The notes below the pieces were generated by a model. It worked only from the letters and a program-made list of their open reading frames with translations. It had not been told where the DNA came from and made no database searches. A stretch of 64,000 bases of DNA from assembly GCA_038087875.1 (NCBI GenBank), contig JAXLNO010000219.1:1-64000 (forward strand). Direction: 5' to 3'. A program made the translations under genes and the position numbers. The stretch comes from Malacoraja senta. Taxonomy: Eukaryota. This document shows, piece after piece, positions 36,140-48,494 of the stretch (position 1 is the first letter of the stretch; each line of letters starts with the position of its first letter).

Positions 36140-36531
36140 GTTTTCCATAACCTGCCAATCCTTTCCAATAGCTTCCCTACAATGGTGTGTGGCTCACTGA
36201 CCTATAGTTTCCTGGATTATCCCCAGTCCCCTTCTTAAACAAAGGAACACCATTGGCTGCTCTGCAGTCCTCGGGACCTCGCCTGTGGCTAGAGAAGATA
36301 CAAAGACCGTAGTCAAGGCTTCAGCCATCTCCACTCTTGCCACTCTCAATAACCTCGGACATATCCCATCTGGCCCCTTGAATTTTTCCACTTTACTGGT
36401 CTGCAAGAGCCCTAACAATATCTTGTTCTTGATCTCGAACCACCCTTGCATATTAGTGTTCCCCGCACTGATCTCCATGTCCTTCTGTTTGGTGAATACA
36501 GATGCAAAGTACTTGTTTAGTACCTTACCTA
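36140..36531 (-). mobile_element. Old CR1 fragment, the Tc1 target; continues at 38149-38230 and ~40010-40320
   Basis: VLNKYFASVFTK and GPDGICPRLL on the minus strand. Confidence 0.75.
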
Positions 36532-38146
36532 CAGTGGCTTGCAAAAGTATTCATACCCCTTGAACTTCTCCACATTTTGTCACGTTACAACCACAAACGT
36601 AAATGTATTTTATTGGGATTTTATGTGATAGACCAACACAAAGTGGCGCATAATTGTGAAGTGGAAGGAAAATGGTACATGGTTTTCAAATTTTTTTACA
36701 AATAAAAAACTAAAAAGTGTCGCGTGCAAAAGTATTCAGCCCCCTTTACTCTGATACCCCTAAATAAAATCCAGTGCAACCAATTGCCTTCAGAAGTCAC
36801 CTAATTAGTAAATAGAGTCCACTTGTGTGTAATCTAATCTCAGTATAAATACAGCTGTTCTGTGAAGGCCTCAGCGGTTTGTTAGAGAACATTAGTGAAC
36901 AAACAGCATCATGAAGCCCAAGGAACACACCAGACAGGCCAGGGAAAAAGTTGTGGAGAAGTTTAAAGCAGGGTTAGGTTATAAAAAAAATCCCAAGCTT
37001 TGAACATCTCACGGAGCACTGTTCAATCCATCATCCGAAAATGGAAAGAGTATGGCACAACTGCAAACCTACCAAGACATGGCCGTCCACCTAAACTGAC
37101 AGGCCGGGCAAGGAGAGCATTGATCAGAGAAGCAACCAAGAGGCCCATGGTAACTCTGGAGGAGCTGCAGAGATCCACAGCTCAGGTGGGAGAATCTGTC
37201 CACAGGACAACTATTAGTCGTGCACTCCACAAATCGGGCCTTTATGGAAGAGTGGCAAGAAGAAAGCCATTGTTAAAAAAAAGCCATAAGAAGTCCCGTT
37301 TGCAGTTTGCCACAAGCCATGTGGGGGACACAGCAAACATGTGGAGGAAGGTGCTCTGGTCAGATGAGACCAAAATTGAAGTTTTTGGCCTAAATGCAAA
37401 ACGCTATGTGTGGCGGAAACCTAACACTGCACATCACCCTGAACACACCATCCCCACTGTGAAACATGGTGGTGGCAGCATCATGCTGTGGGGATGCTTT
37501 TCTTCAGCAGGGACAGGGAAGCTGGTCAAAGTTGATGGGAAGATGGATGGAGCCAAATACAGGGCGATCTTGGAAGAAAACCTGTTAGAGTCTGCAAAAG
37601 ACTTGAGACTTGGGCGGAGGTTCACCTTCCAGCAGGACAACGACCCTAAACATACAGCCAGAGCTACAATGGAATGGTTTAGATCAAAGCATATTCATGT
37701 GTTAGAATGGCCCAGTCAAAGTCCAGACCTAAATCCAATTGAGAATTTCTGGCAAGACTTGAAAATTGCTGCTCACAGACGCTCTCCATCCAATCTGACT
37801 GAGCTTGAGCTATTTTGCAAAGAAGAATGGGCAAAAATTTCAGTCTCTAGATGTGCAAAGCTGGTAGAGACATACCCCAAAAGACTTGCAGCTGTAATTG
37901 CAGCGAAAGGTGGTTCTACAAAGTATTGACTCAGGGGGGCTGAATACCTTTGCACGTGACACTTTTCAGTTTTTTATTTGTAAAAAAATTTGAAAACCAT
38001 GTATCATTTTCCTTCCACTTCACAATTATGCACCACTTTGTGTTGGTCTATCACATAAAATCCCAATAAAATACATTTACGTTTGTGGCTGTAACGTGAC
38101 AAAATGTGGAAAGTTCAAGGGGTATGAAAACTTTTGCAAACCACTG
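36532..38146 (+). mobile_element. Full-length Tc1 transposon (IR/DR type, Passport-like), 1615 bp
   Basis: TA duplication at 36530-36531 and 38147-38148. TIRs of ~210 bp begin CAGTGG(C/T)TTGCAAAAGT and contain inner direct repeats. Confidence 0.95.
36911..37929 (+). pseudogene. Tc1 DD34E transposase with one apparent 1-nt frameshift at the A8 run (36983-36990)
   Basis: MKPKEHTRQAREKVVEKFKAGLGYKK, frameshift, SQALNISRSTVQSII; GRPPKL; WSDETK, QQDNDPKH and NPIE with D-34-E spacing counted. Confidence 0.92.
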
Positions 38147-38324
38147 TACATCCTCTGACTCCATAAATTCCTTCCTTTATCTTTGAGCGGTCCAACCTTC
38201 TCCTTGGTTCGCTCTTGTATTCAAATGTACACTAGACCAAGTGTAGACACGCTGGGTCTGTTCCCCCAACGCGCGGTTTGGAGGGAGGGCGGGTGCTGCG
38301 GCTTCACACGCACACTAACCACCC

Positions 38325-39440
38325 CACACACACACACACACGGGGGGGAGGGGATAGAGGGGGGTATAGGGGGAGACGGGGTAGGAGGGGGAGAGGGAGA
38401 GGAGGGAGAAATGGGGGGGAGGGGAAGAGAGAGAGGGGGTAGAGAGAGGGGGAGTGGGGAGAGAGGGGGGAAGGGAGGGGGTTGGAGGGGAGAGGGGAGT
38501 TCGAGGGGGGGCAGAGGCGGAGAGGTGAGGGGGGGAGTGGGAGAGAGTGGGGAGGGGGAAGAGGGGAGGGGAGGGGAGAGGGTCCCGTCCATTCAACGCG
38601 CGGTTGCGGGGGGGGGAGGTTGCGGCGTCACACACACTAGCCACCCGCCCACACACACACACTAGCCACCACCCCCCACACACACACACTAACCACCCCC
38701 CCACACACACACACTAACCACCCCCCACACACACTAACCACCACCTCCCACACACACACACACACACACTAGCCACAACCCCCCCCCCCACACACACACT
38801 AACCACCCCCCAACACACACACACTAACCACCCCCCTTGATATTATATTAATATTATTCATTGGCTCCTTTTACCCCATCCCCACCCTATCTCGAGGGGC
38901 AAAGAGAGTGGGGCAGAGAAAGAGGGAGAGGGGGAGGGAGATGAGGGGAGAGAGGAGGGAAGGGAGATGAGGGGAGAGAGGGGGAAGGGAGATGAGGGGA
39001 GAGAGTTGGGGTGGAGGGAGGGGGGGAGATGGGATGGAGAAGGGATGGATAGGCAGGAAGAGGATGGGGGAGATGGAGAGGGGGAGATGGAGACGGGGGA
39101 AGGGGAGAGAGGGGGAGATGGAGACGGGGGAGGGGGAGGGGGAAAAGGGAGAGAGGGGGGTGGGGGGGAGGGGGCAGAGAGAGGGGGGATGGAGGAGAGG
39201 GGGAAATGGAGAGATGGAGGAGAGGGGAGAGAGTGGAGAGGGGGAGGGGGAGATGGTAAGAGAGTGGGGAGGGGGAGATGGGGAGAGAGTGGGCAGGGGG
39301 AGGCGAGGGAAGGGGGAGGGGGGGAGGGAGAGAGAGGGGGATGGGGAGGGGAGACGGGTAGGGGAAGGGGTGGTAGAGGGGTGAGGGGGGTAGAGGGGTC
39401 GGGGAAAGGCACGGGGGTGGAAGGAAGGGAGGGAGGGGGA
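38325..39440. repeat. Low-complexity G/A-rich and (CA)n/C-rich tracts
   Basis: GGGGAGA-type runs and CACACACTAACCACCCCCC units. Confidence 0.9.
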
Positions 39441-39451
39441 GAGATCTCCAA

Positions 39452-39671
39452 CCCCTGTCCCATTGTGATGTCATATGTAAATGAGATCCATTGTGATTGT
39501 ACATCTGTGAGATGGCACTTTGACTCATGCAGCAGTTTGATTGTAGTGGGACCACGTGAAGGTTCCAATCTCCCACCCCTGTCCCATTATGATGTCATAT
39601 CATATGTAAATGAGATCCATTGTGATTGGACATCTGTGAGGTGGCACTGTGACTCATGCAGCAGTTTGATT
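39452..39671. repeat. ~90-bp direct duplication
   Basis: CCCCTGTCCCATT...GCAGCAGTTTGATT occurs at ~39452 and ~39576. Confidence 0.85.
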
Positions 39672-40638
39672 AAAAAAAAATTATGTTTTGACAATAGACA
39701 ATAGGTGCAGGAGTAGGCCATTTGGCCCTTCGAGCCAGCACCACCATTCAATGTGATCATGGCTGATCATCCCCAATCAGTGCTCCGTTCCTGCCTTCTC
39801 CCCATATCTCCTGACTCCGCTATTTTTAAGAGCCCTATCTAGCTCTCTCTTGAAAGATATTTTTGTGAACAATTTTATTCAAAATCTACGGAAATAATTG
39901 ACCAAATCTAAATAGTAGTGGATTTCTGAAATCATAACTTAAATCCCTACCGAAATATGTAAAAATCTCCGCATTTTGTGTCTGGTTTTCGAGGCTCTTC
40001 TAATTACCCACTTGAGTTCTTTCCTGCTGCTTGTTTTATATTCCTCAAAGGGCTGATTTAATCTTTCTAAACCTTACATACGCTTCCTTTTTCTTTTTGA
40101 CCAAATTTACAAAATCCGCTGTTCCCTTATGTTGCCATTCTTATTTCTTCCTTCTTACTGGAAGATGCCAGTCCTGAACTCTGATCAACTCCCTCATGTC
40201 AGATATGGACGTGGCCATTAACAACTGCTCCCAATTGACTCTGCCTGGTGCCTACCTAGTAATGTTGTAATCTGCCGTCCTCCAATTTAGTACCTTCCCC
40301 CAAGGTCCAGACTTATTCACATTCCCAGTATTTTGTGTTGTTAGGGAGCAGCTACACAATAACACAAAGCAGTTTGGGTCACTATTTAAATCTGCTGGGA
40401 TTTCAGGTGTTCACCTGAGAGGTGGCTTCTGTTAAAATAACATTTACTCTTCCTAAATAGTTGACATCTCTTTCATTACATATAATAGAACATAACATGG
40501 GAAGCATTAATTGAGAAGGCTTCTTGCTGCTTTCCCACTTTGTTCACATTCCCCTGATTTGTGCCTGCAGTCTTTCCTGAATATACTGAATCACTCAGCA
40601 ATCCTAACAATTATCACCAATTATTTACAAAACAACTA

Positions 40639-41633
40639 CAGTGCCCTCTATAATGTTTCAGGAGTCAGGTGTGGATTTGTCAATGACCACTGTCCGCAGA
40701 AGACTTCATGAACAGAATTACAGAGGCTACACTGCAAGATGCAAACCACTGGTTAGCCGCAAAAATAGGATGGCCAGGTTACTGTTTGCCAAGAAGTACT
40801 TAAAGGAACAACCACAGTTCTGGAAAAAGGTCTTGTGGACAGATGAGACGAAGATTAACATATCAGATTGATGGCAAGAGCAAAGTATGCAAGAGAGAAG
40901 GAACTGCCCAAGATCCAAAGCATACCACCTCATCTGTGAAACACGGTGGTGGGGATGTTATAGCCTGGGCATGTATGGCTGCTGAAGGTACTGACTCACT
41001 TATCATCATTGATGATACAACTGCTGATGGTAGTAGCATAATGAATTCTGAAGTATAGACACATCCTATCTGATCAAGTTCAAACAAATGCCTCTAAACT
41101 CATTGGCTGGCAGTTCATTCTACAGCAAGACAATGATCCCAAACATATTGCTAAAGCAACAAAGGAGTTTTTCAAAGCTAAAAAATGGTCAATTCTTGAG
41201 TGGCCAAGTCAATCACCCGAACTGAATCTAATTGAGCATGCCTTTTATATGCTGAAGAAAAAACTGAAGGGGACTAGCACAGAGCACCACCAGAGAAGAC
41301 TCCCAGCAACTGGTGATATCCACGAATCGCAGACTTCCTGCAGTCATTGCATGCAAAGGACATGCAACAAAATACTAAACATGACTACTTTCATTTACAT
41401 GGCATTGCTGTGTCCCAAACATTATGGTGCCTTGAAATGGGGGGGACTATGTATAAACACTGCTGTAATTTCTACATGGTGAAACCAAAATGTATAAAAA
41501 TGTCCTTTATTAAAATCTGATAATGTGCACTTTAACCACATGCGATTTATTTCTATTACAAATCTCAAATTGTGGAGTACAGAAGCAAATAAATAATGAT
41601 GGGTCTTTGTCCCAAACATTATGGAGGGCGCTG
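40639..41633 (+). mobile_element. Internally deleted, decayed Tc1 element of a second family
   Basis: TA|CAGTGCCCTCTATAATGTTT ... AAACATTATGGAGGGCGCTG|TA. Fragments KVLWTDETK, VKHGGG, QQDNDPKH and WPSQSP. Confidence 0.88.
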
Positions 41634-42552
41634 TATATAGTTAACAAATAAGAAGCAAAACCAATTTCCCCACACTACATCATTAATACCATACCTGAAA
41701 CCCACAAAACTCTTACCTTTGTGATCTGAAGTTATGATTCAAATACAAAATTTCTAAGTGCAAAATGTTGAAACAAGGAACTATAGATGCTGGTTTACAA
41801 AGACAGAATGAACATCTAAATCTCTAATTTTAGGTAATCTCTAACAAATCCCCCACTCTCCTTTCTCCCGAATCCCTTTCTCTCTTGCCCCGCCCCCCCC
41901 CCCCCCCGTGCCCCATGGGGACTCGTGCCTATTTTACCCCTCCCCTCCAGCTATATTCCTTCCTCTGGATTTAGAATTTGCAGCTCTTCAATGCTTTTGT
42001 CTAACACTTTCTGTTTTTTTTCATCTCTGGTCTTTGTCAAACAATCTGCCTATTGAGCCCTCCACCCCTCTCCTGTGTTCACCTGTTACCTGCCATGCTT
42101 TGTCCTGTCTCTCCTCTCTTCCAACTTTCCCCACCCCATACAATCAGTTTGAAGAAGTGTCCCGACCTGAAACATCACCTATCCATGTTCTCCAGTGATT
42201 CTGCCTCACCCACTCCAGTTACTCCAGCACTTTCAAAGACCAAAAACCAGGGCAGGAGATTCTCCCTGTAATCTTGACCAATATTTATTTCCCAATCAAA
42301 GGCATATGATCAATGTCATCAAAGGCATATGATCAATGTCATATTGTGGGAGACCTACTGTATGAAAATTGGCTGCCATGCTTCCTACCTTCCTGCACTG
42401 TCTGCACTGCAAAACTACATTATTGGCTGTGAAGCACTTGGAGTTTGATTTGAAAAATGCTGCAGAAATGCAGATTTTTGTCACGATGCAAAAGCACAGC
42501 ACAACAGATTGATTACTAACATGCGGATGCTTCCACCAATTGTGAGACTCTA

Positions 42553-42804
<252 letters not shown>

Positions 42805-43698
42805 TTAAACAAAAGAAACATTTAGAACTCCAATCATAAAATGTTACGTTATGGTGGGAGGTTGTTCAGTCCTTTATGCCTCTGCCCTCCCTTATCCCAT
42901 TCATTCCAAAATCACAGATGGATCCAATTTATTGTTGAAAGTTTCTAATTAATTTATTACCCCCATCTTTTTAGACAATGTATTCAAGGCCTGCACAGCC
43001 ATAAAACAAATGTATCTATGTTTCAATGCAGAAATTAATGTTTCTTATTCACCAAAATCAACCAGCTGTTTGTAAAGATAGTAAACAATATTTCCTCTGC
43101 TTTGCACACAAGGGAATCTTCCTGTCAGTCTGCAAGTGATTCCTCTCAAGTTATTTTCTGTTTCAGCTGCTCTTTGAGCTAATTAGCTAATTTAATATGG
43201 GTTGAGATCCCACAGCCACAACATTCTGTATATTTTCTAAACTGACATAATTCTGTGAAGATCAAAAACATTGCAATAATATAGACCTCAATTTTAATTT
43301 TATGCACCCATGACCAATCCACTCACCCCACCAGTCTCATGGGCCTGAGTGGCGTGCAGAGGGACGGTACTTAAATAAGACTCTCACAAAATTATTTTAG
43401 TGATAGGATATCCTTACTTTACACAGGGGATTGTTGCCTTGTATTAACTGCACTAAAAACCCATTAAAATGACATGACGCCTGGTGTTGAGAGTTAGCTG
43501 TGAGTATACTTGGTTGAGGATGACAAAGAGGTGCCCTCAATACATTCTATTAAAGGGACTTTCACTGGGAGATGCCAGGAGGATGTTTTCTCTGGATAGT
43601 GAGTCGAGAAACAGAATTCACAATCCCAGCAGAAAAACCTAGACATTTACGAATGAGATGAGGGGACATTTCTTCACTCTACTGGTTAGAAATGTCCA

Positions 43699-44553
43699 CT
43701 AGGGGTGCTGCATTGAAGGCAGCCTCTGCCTACAGTCTGTCTGTTTTTTTAAATCTTTTTTTTATTTTAGTTTGTCTAAACAGTTTGTTTTGGTGATTCT
43801 TTAGTTTTTCTATGTGGGGGAGGGGGGTAGGGTAATGGGGAAAACGTTTCCCAGTCACTTCCTGGCGAGGATGCGACTATTTCTCCGAGTCGCGTCCTCG
43901 CCCCCCCACCTCGCGGCCTACCATCTGGATCGGAGTGCCCTTTCTTTCCGGAGACCGGGGACCGGACCAGAGCTTTGGCAGCGGCGGCGCGGCGCTGGAC
44001 TCACCGCGGAGCGGGCGATGCCTACCTGGATCGGCATTTGGAGCTCCGGAGCGTTGGGCCGGTGCTCCAACATCGCAGAGCTGCGGTGCGCCGAGCTCCC
44101 AGCGCGAGCGGCACTGACCGACATCACGGAATCCTTGGGCCCTTTGCCGAGGGCCGCCAGCGTTGAATCTCTGCCCGGCGGGGCCTGGGGAATTTGGGAG
44201 CCGCAGACTCCGGTGGGAAGCGGCCGATTTGGAAGTCCAAGCCGCTGAGGTTGGCCTCCGGTTCCGACGTCGGAGTTCCAACATCCCGGCGAGCAGGCCT
44301 GAGCGGCGGACCGCCCGTAGCGGCGACTGCGGAGGGCTCCGGAGGCCCCGACCACGGGTGAACATCAGGAACGTCAGAGGAAGATGATTGACTTTGGTGC
44401 CTTCCCTCACAGTGGGAAACTTTTGATTCTGCTGTGTGGGGATGTTTTACCGTGTGTTGTGTTCTTTATTTTTATTGTATGGCTGTACGGTGATCACACA
44501 TTTCACTGTGCCAGCTGGCACAAGTGACAAATAAATGTATCTTGTATCTTGTA
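43699..44553 (+). mobile_element. Rex-tailed non-autonomous element (diverged subfamily)
   Basis: Same layout as 371-1219: CAGTCTGTCTG then T-rich, internal hairpin, GC-rich body, GCCTTCCCTCACAGTG, 3' stem-loop and (TATCTTG)n tail. Confidence 0.72.
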
Positions 44554-45459
44554 ATTCTGCATGTTGGAGGACTGTGGATGGTTCATTATTAAGGATATTC
44601 ATAACTGAGGTTCCCTTCAAGTCACACACTGAACTTGAAAAATATTTCACTCTTCCTTCACTATTGTGTCTAAATCCCCACATCTCTCTCCTAAACAGCA
44701 TTATGGGAATAACTTCACCAGGAAAACTTCAATGGTTCAAAGATGGTTTTCTCAAAGGTAATTAAGAATGTGAAATGCAGTTCATAATAATAACTAACTT
44801 ATTCTATTAAATCATTTAAACATTGAATCTAGTTACGACATTTTTAATACTTCTAAATCAATTGATTAAAATCTTCTGATTATCATTACAATTGTCCAAT
44901 ATCCATCTTCCTATTTGCTATTTGGTATTTCTCAAACTGGCTTAAAAAATGACAAAATGCTCAACTTTCCCAAAAAGAGAACTCTTCCACACGGCAAAAT
45001 TCTTTAATTTTTTTAGCTTTATGTCTCTATGAATCTTTCTCCTGATAAGCAGAGATGAAATATGCACGTCAAGTTTAGCTCATAGCACACAACAGAATAT
45101 AGACTGGAGCTACAGAATATGGTAGTAGAGTAACTCAGCAGATCAGGCAGTAACTCTGGAGAAAAAGGGTGGGTGACATTTCGGGTTGTGACCCTTCAAT
45201 GTCGCCCTTCTTTTTTCTCCAGAGACGCTGCCTGACCCGCTGAGTTACTCCAACACTTTGCGTCAATCTGCAGTATGAACCAGCATCTGCAGTTCTGTTC
45301 TGCGCACAACAGAATGAATGGCCAAGACTGATAAACTAACAAATGGTACGGATAATTCTGCATTCAAAGTTTAAAAGAAAAACATTTCTTCAAGCAATAA
45401 CAAGAGAAAGCACTGAAAATATTCAACAGGTCAGGCAGCATATGTGGAGAAAGATGCTC

Positions 45460-46560
45460 TCATATGAGTTTATAATTGACTTCAAGAAGTGAAGCAGTAC
45501 ACATGACCTGGTATACATTGATGGTGCCAAAGTAGAAATGGTTGAAAGATTCTTAGGAATTAATATCACCAGCAATATGTTCTGGACCAGCCATGTTGAA
45601 GCTATGGCCAAGAAAGCAGACCAATGCTTCTACTTCCTTAGAAGGGTTGAGGTTTGGCATGTCCCAATCAACCCTCACCGACTTCTACAGATGCGAGGTA
45701 GAAAGCATTTTATCGGAATGCATGACAGCATGTTTGGGAACAGCTCCATCCAAGACCGCACGTAGCACAGATCATCACGCACTAGCAAAATCAAGGACCA
45801 GTATCACCCCGATCACTCCCTCTTCTCCCCTCTTCCATTAGGCAAGAGGTTCAGAAATGTGAAAACGCACACCTCCAGATTCTGGTATTTCCAAATACTG
45901 GAAATGTGAATGTCTGGACCTTGGTGGAAGGTATGAAATTGGAGGAAGGCAGTTTGACAACATTACTAGGTAGGCACCAGGCAGAGTCAATTGGGAGCAG
46001 TTGTTGTTGCCCAAGTCCACATCTGACTTGAGGGAGTTGATCAGAGTTCAGGACTGGCATCTTCCAGTAAGATGGAAGAAATCCGGATGGCAACGTGGAT
46101 TTTGTAAATTTGGTCATAAATAAAAAGTTAGGTTTAGAAACACGAAATCTGACCTTTGAGGAATATAAAACAAGCAGGTAAGAACTCAAGTGGCCTCGGC
46201 AAGGCCAGCAGCATAATCAAGGATGTTGCACCATGGCCTCTCCCTCTTCCCTCCTCTCCAATCAGGCAAAATGTATAGAAGGGTAGAAAACGCACACCAC
46301 CAGATTCAGGGACAGTTTCTTCCCAGCTGTTATCAGGCAGTTGAACATTCCTCTCATAAACTAGTGTGGTCCTGAGACCTTTTGAGACCTTTGCACTATC
46401 TTTAATTGCATTTTATCTTACACTAAATGTGTACCCTTTATCTGTACACTGTGGATGGTATGATTGTAATCATGTATAGTCTTTTCTTTGACTGGATAGC
46501 ATACAACTAAAAGCTTTTCACTGTACCTCAGTACATGTGACAACAATAACAAATTCAAAC
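45460..46560 (+). mobile_element. Decayed Rex1/Babar-like 3' fragments
   Basis: VERFLGINIT, KKADQCFYFLRR, SFFPAVIRQLN and a 3' TTTCACTGTACC...GTACATGTGACAA tail. Confidence 0.7.
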
Positions 46561-46599
46561 TCACTCATAGTGTTAACTTACACAGAAATTAATCATCCT

Positions 46600-47760
46600 C
46601 TAGTCTTCTGGAACTTTGCCTTTGGCTATCAGGGCCCCAACTACTCAATTGCTTTCCATAGCAACTCGGGAGAGATCTCATCTGGCCATGGGGATTTATC
46701 ATCTTTTATGCATCCCATGACACCTAACACCTCTTTCTTAATGCTGATCTGCTCTGGATTATCCACAGCCTCTCCTTGGTGAATACAGATGACAAATATT
46801 AATTTAGGACCTTGATTAAATTGCCAGGCTCCACACATAGATTACACCCATTTGGTCCCTAAGGGTCCCACGCCATGGCTATCCTTCTGCTCCTGACAAA
46901 TTTACAGAATGTCCTGGGAATCTTACTTGCCAGGAATATTTCTTGCCCCTGTTGTCTTCCTATTTCCTTTCTTAGGTTTTTCCTACACACACTATATTTC
47001 TCAAGAGACATCTTCAGCCCCTCGAATCTACCTGCTTTATGTTTCCTCTTTTTTCCCGATCAAATCTTCAATATCCTTTTCATACAAGGCTTCCTACTCC
47101 TGCCATTTTTGTTTTTCACCATTCCTGGAACAAGCAGGGCTTGAACTCTTCCTAACTGTCTTTTAAAATATATAAGTTTAATTTTCTCGACATGCATCTG
47201 TTCCTAATCTACTTTTCCAAGGTCCTCTCTTACACTGTTAAAATTAAGTTGCCTACAAATCAAGATTTTAACTTGCAGATTAATCTTTCAATAATTATCT
47301 TGAAACTTATAGCATTATGGTCACTCTTCCCAATTGACACTTTCACCACCTGCCTGGTTTCATTTCCTAAGATAAGATAGAAAGCTGTCCCATCTTTAGT
47401 ATGTCGTAGATTGATAGTCATACAGCGTGAAAATAGATCCCACGGATCAACTTGCCAATGCCAACCAAGATGTCCCATCTACTCACTAGACTCATCTCCC
47501 CTTATAGTAGGGTGACCAATTCTCTATCCAATCAACTAGCTTTCTCTGGATCCCATATGATCTAACCTTCCATAGCAGCCTACCACCCCACAATGTCTTG
47601 CTGAAAATGTCTTGCTGAAGTTCATATTGACAACATCTACAGCTTTGTCCTCATCAACCTTTATGGTTACATCTTCGAAAATCTCATTCAGATTCGTAGA
47701 GACACGATCTCCCACGTACTAAACCATGCTGACTATCCCGAACCAGCCCTGTCTATCTAG
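46600..47760 (-). mobile_element. Decayed CR1 fragments
   Basis: DKSPWPDEISP and LGNETRQV...SDHNAISF on the minus strand. Confidence 0.65.
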
Positions 47761-48146
47761 AATGAGTATAAAAGTGACATAACATTTAATACAGAGAGGT
47801 GCAAAATAATGCATGTTGGCAGAAGGAATAGGGAGAAACAATATGGGTTTCTTGGTACAGTCTGAAAAGTGTGCAGGAACAGAGTGACCCAGGTGTATAT
47901 GTGCATTGACCCTTGAAAGACCATTTAAAGATAGTGGTTTATAAAGCTGGGATCCTGAAGTGAGAAAGTTGGATACTCATAAGAACAGTTGCCTTTCATA
48001 GTGAACATATGAATTTACAGATTAGGAGCAGGAGTGTGCCATTCAGTCTTTTAAGCCAGTTCACTATTTACTAAGATCGTGGCTGATCTGATTGTAACCC
48101 TCACTTCATTCTCCTCTATTGTAACCATTTAGGACCCTAAGTTCTA

Positions 48147-48332
<186 letters not shown>

Positions 48333-48442
48333 CTAGCAAAACCATTTACTGCACACAATATACCTCCATCGGGTCATTGCATGAACTAACAAATCTATGA
48401 AAGCCGTGTCTGAGACAGAGAATTTCTGCTGTTAGAATTTAC

Positions 48443-48494
48443 CTGCACATTCTGAATTGTCCTCATTAAAGTTGATTGCAAAGTCATGGGACAC
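48443..48494 (-). CDS. CPNE4: Copine-4 exon, 52 bp
   Basis: CAG|VSHDFAINFNEDNSECA(G)|GTAAA. Confidence 0.94.

Larger units (their letters stand above)
38232..40000 (-). mobile_element. Putative non-autonomous Helitron-like element with G-rich and CA minisatellites
   Basis: Minus strand ends in a short hairpin (38245-38259) ~10 nt before CTAG|T. It interrupts a CR1 fragment. The 5' end is not defined. Confidence 0.5.

Noticed and set aside
38183..39704. Gly/Glu/Arg-rich and Pro/Ser-rich ORFs of 120-245 aa
   Set aside because: Translations of low-complexity G/A tracts that lack stop codons by composition.
42296..42341. 23-bp tandem duplication TCAAAGGCATATGATCAATGTCA
   Set aside because: Simple local slippage duplication inside an old SINE-like fragment.
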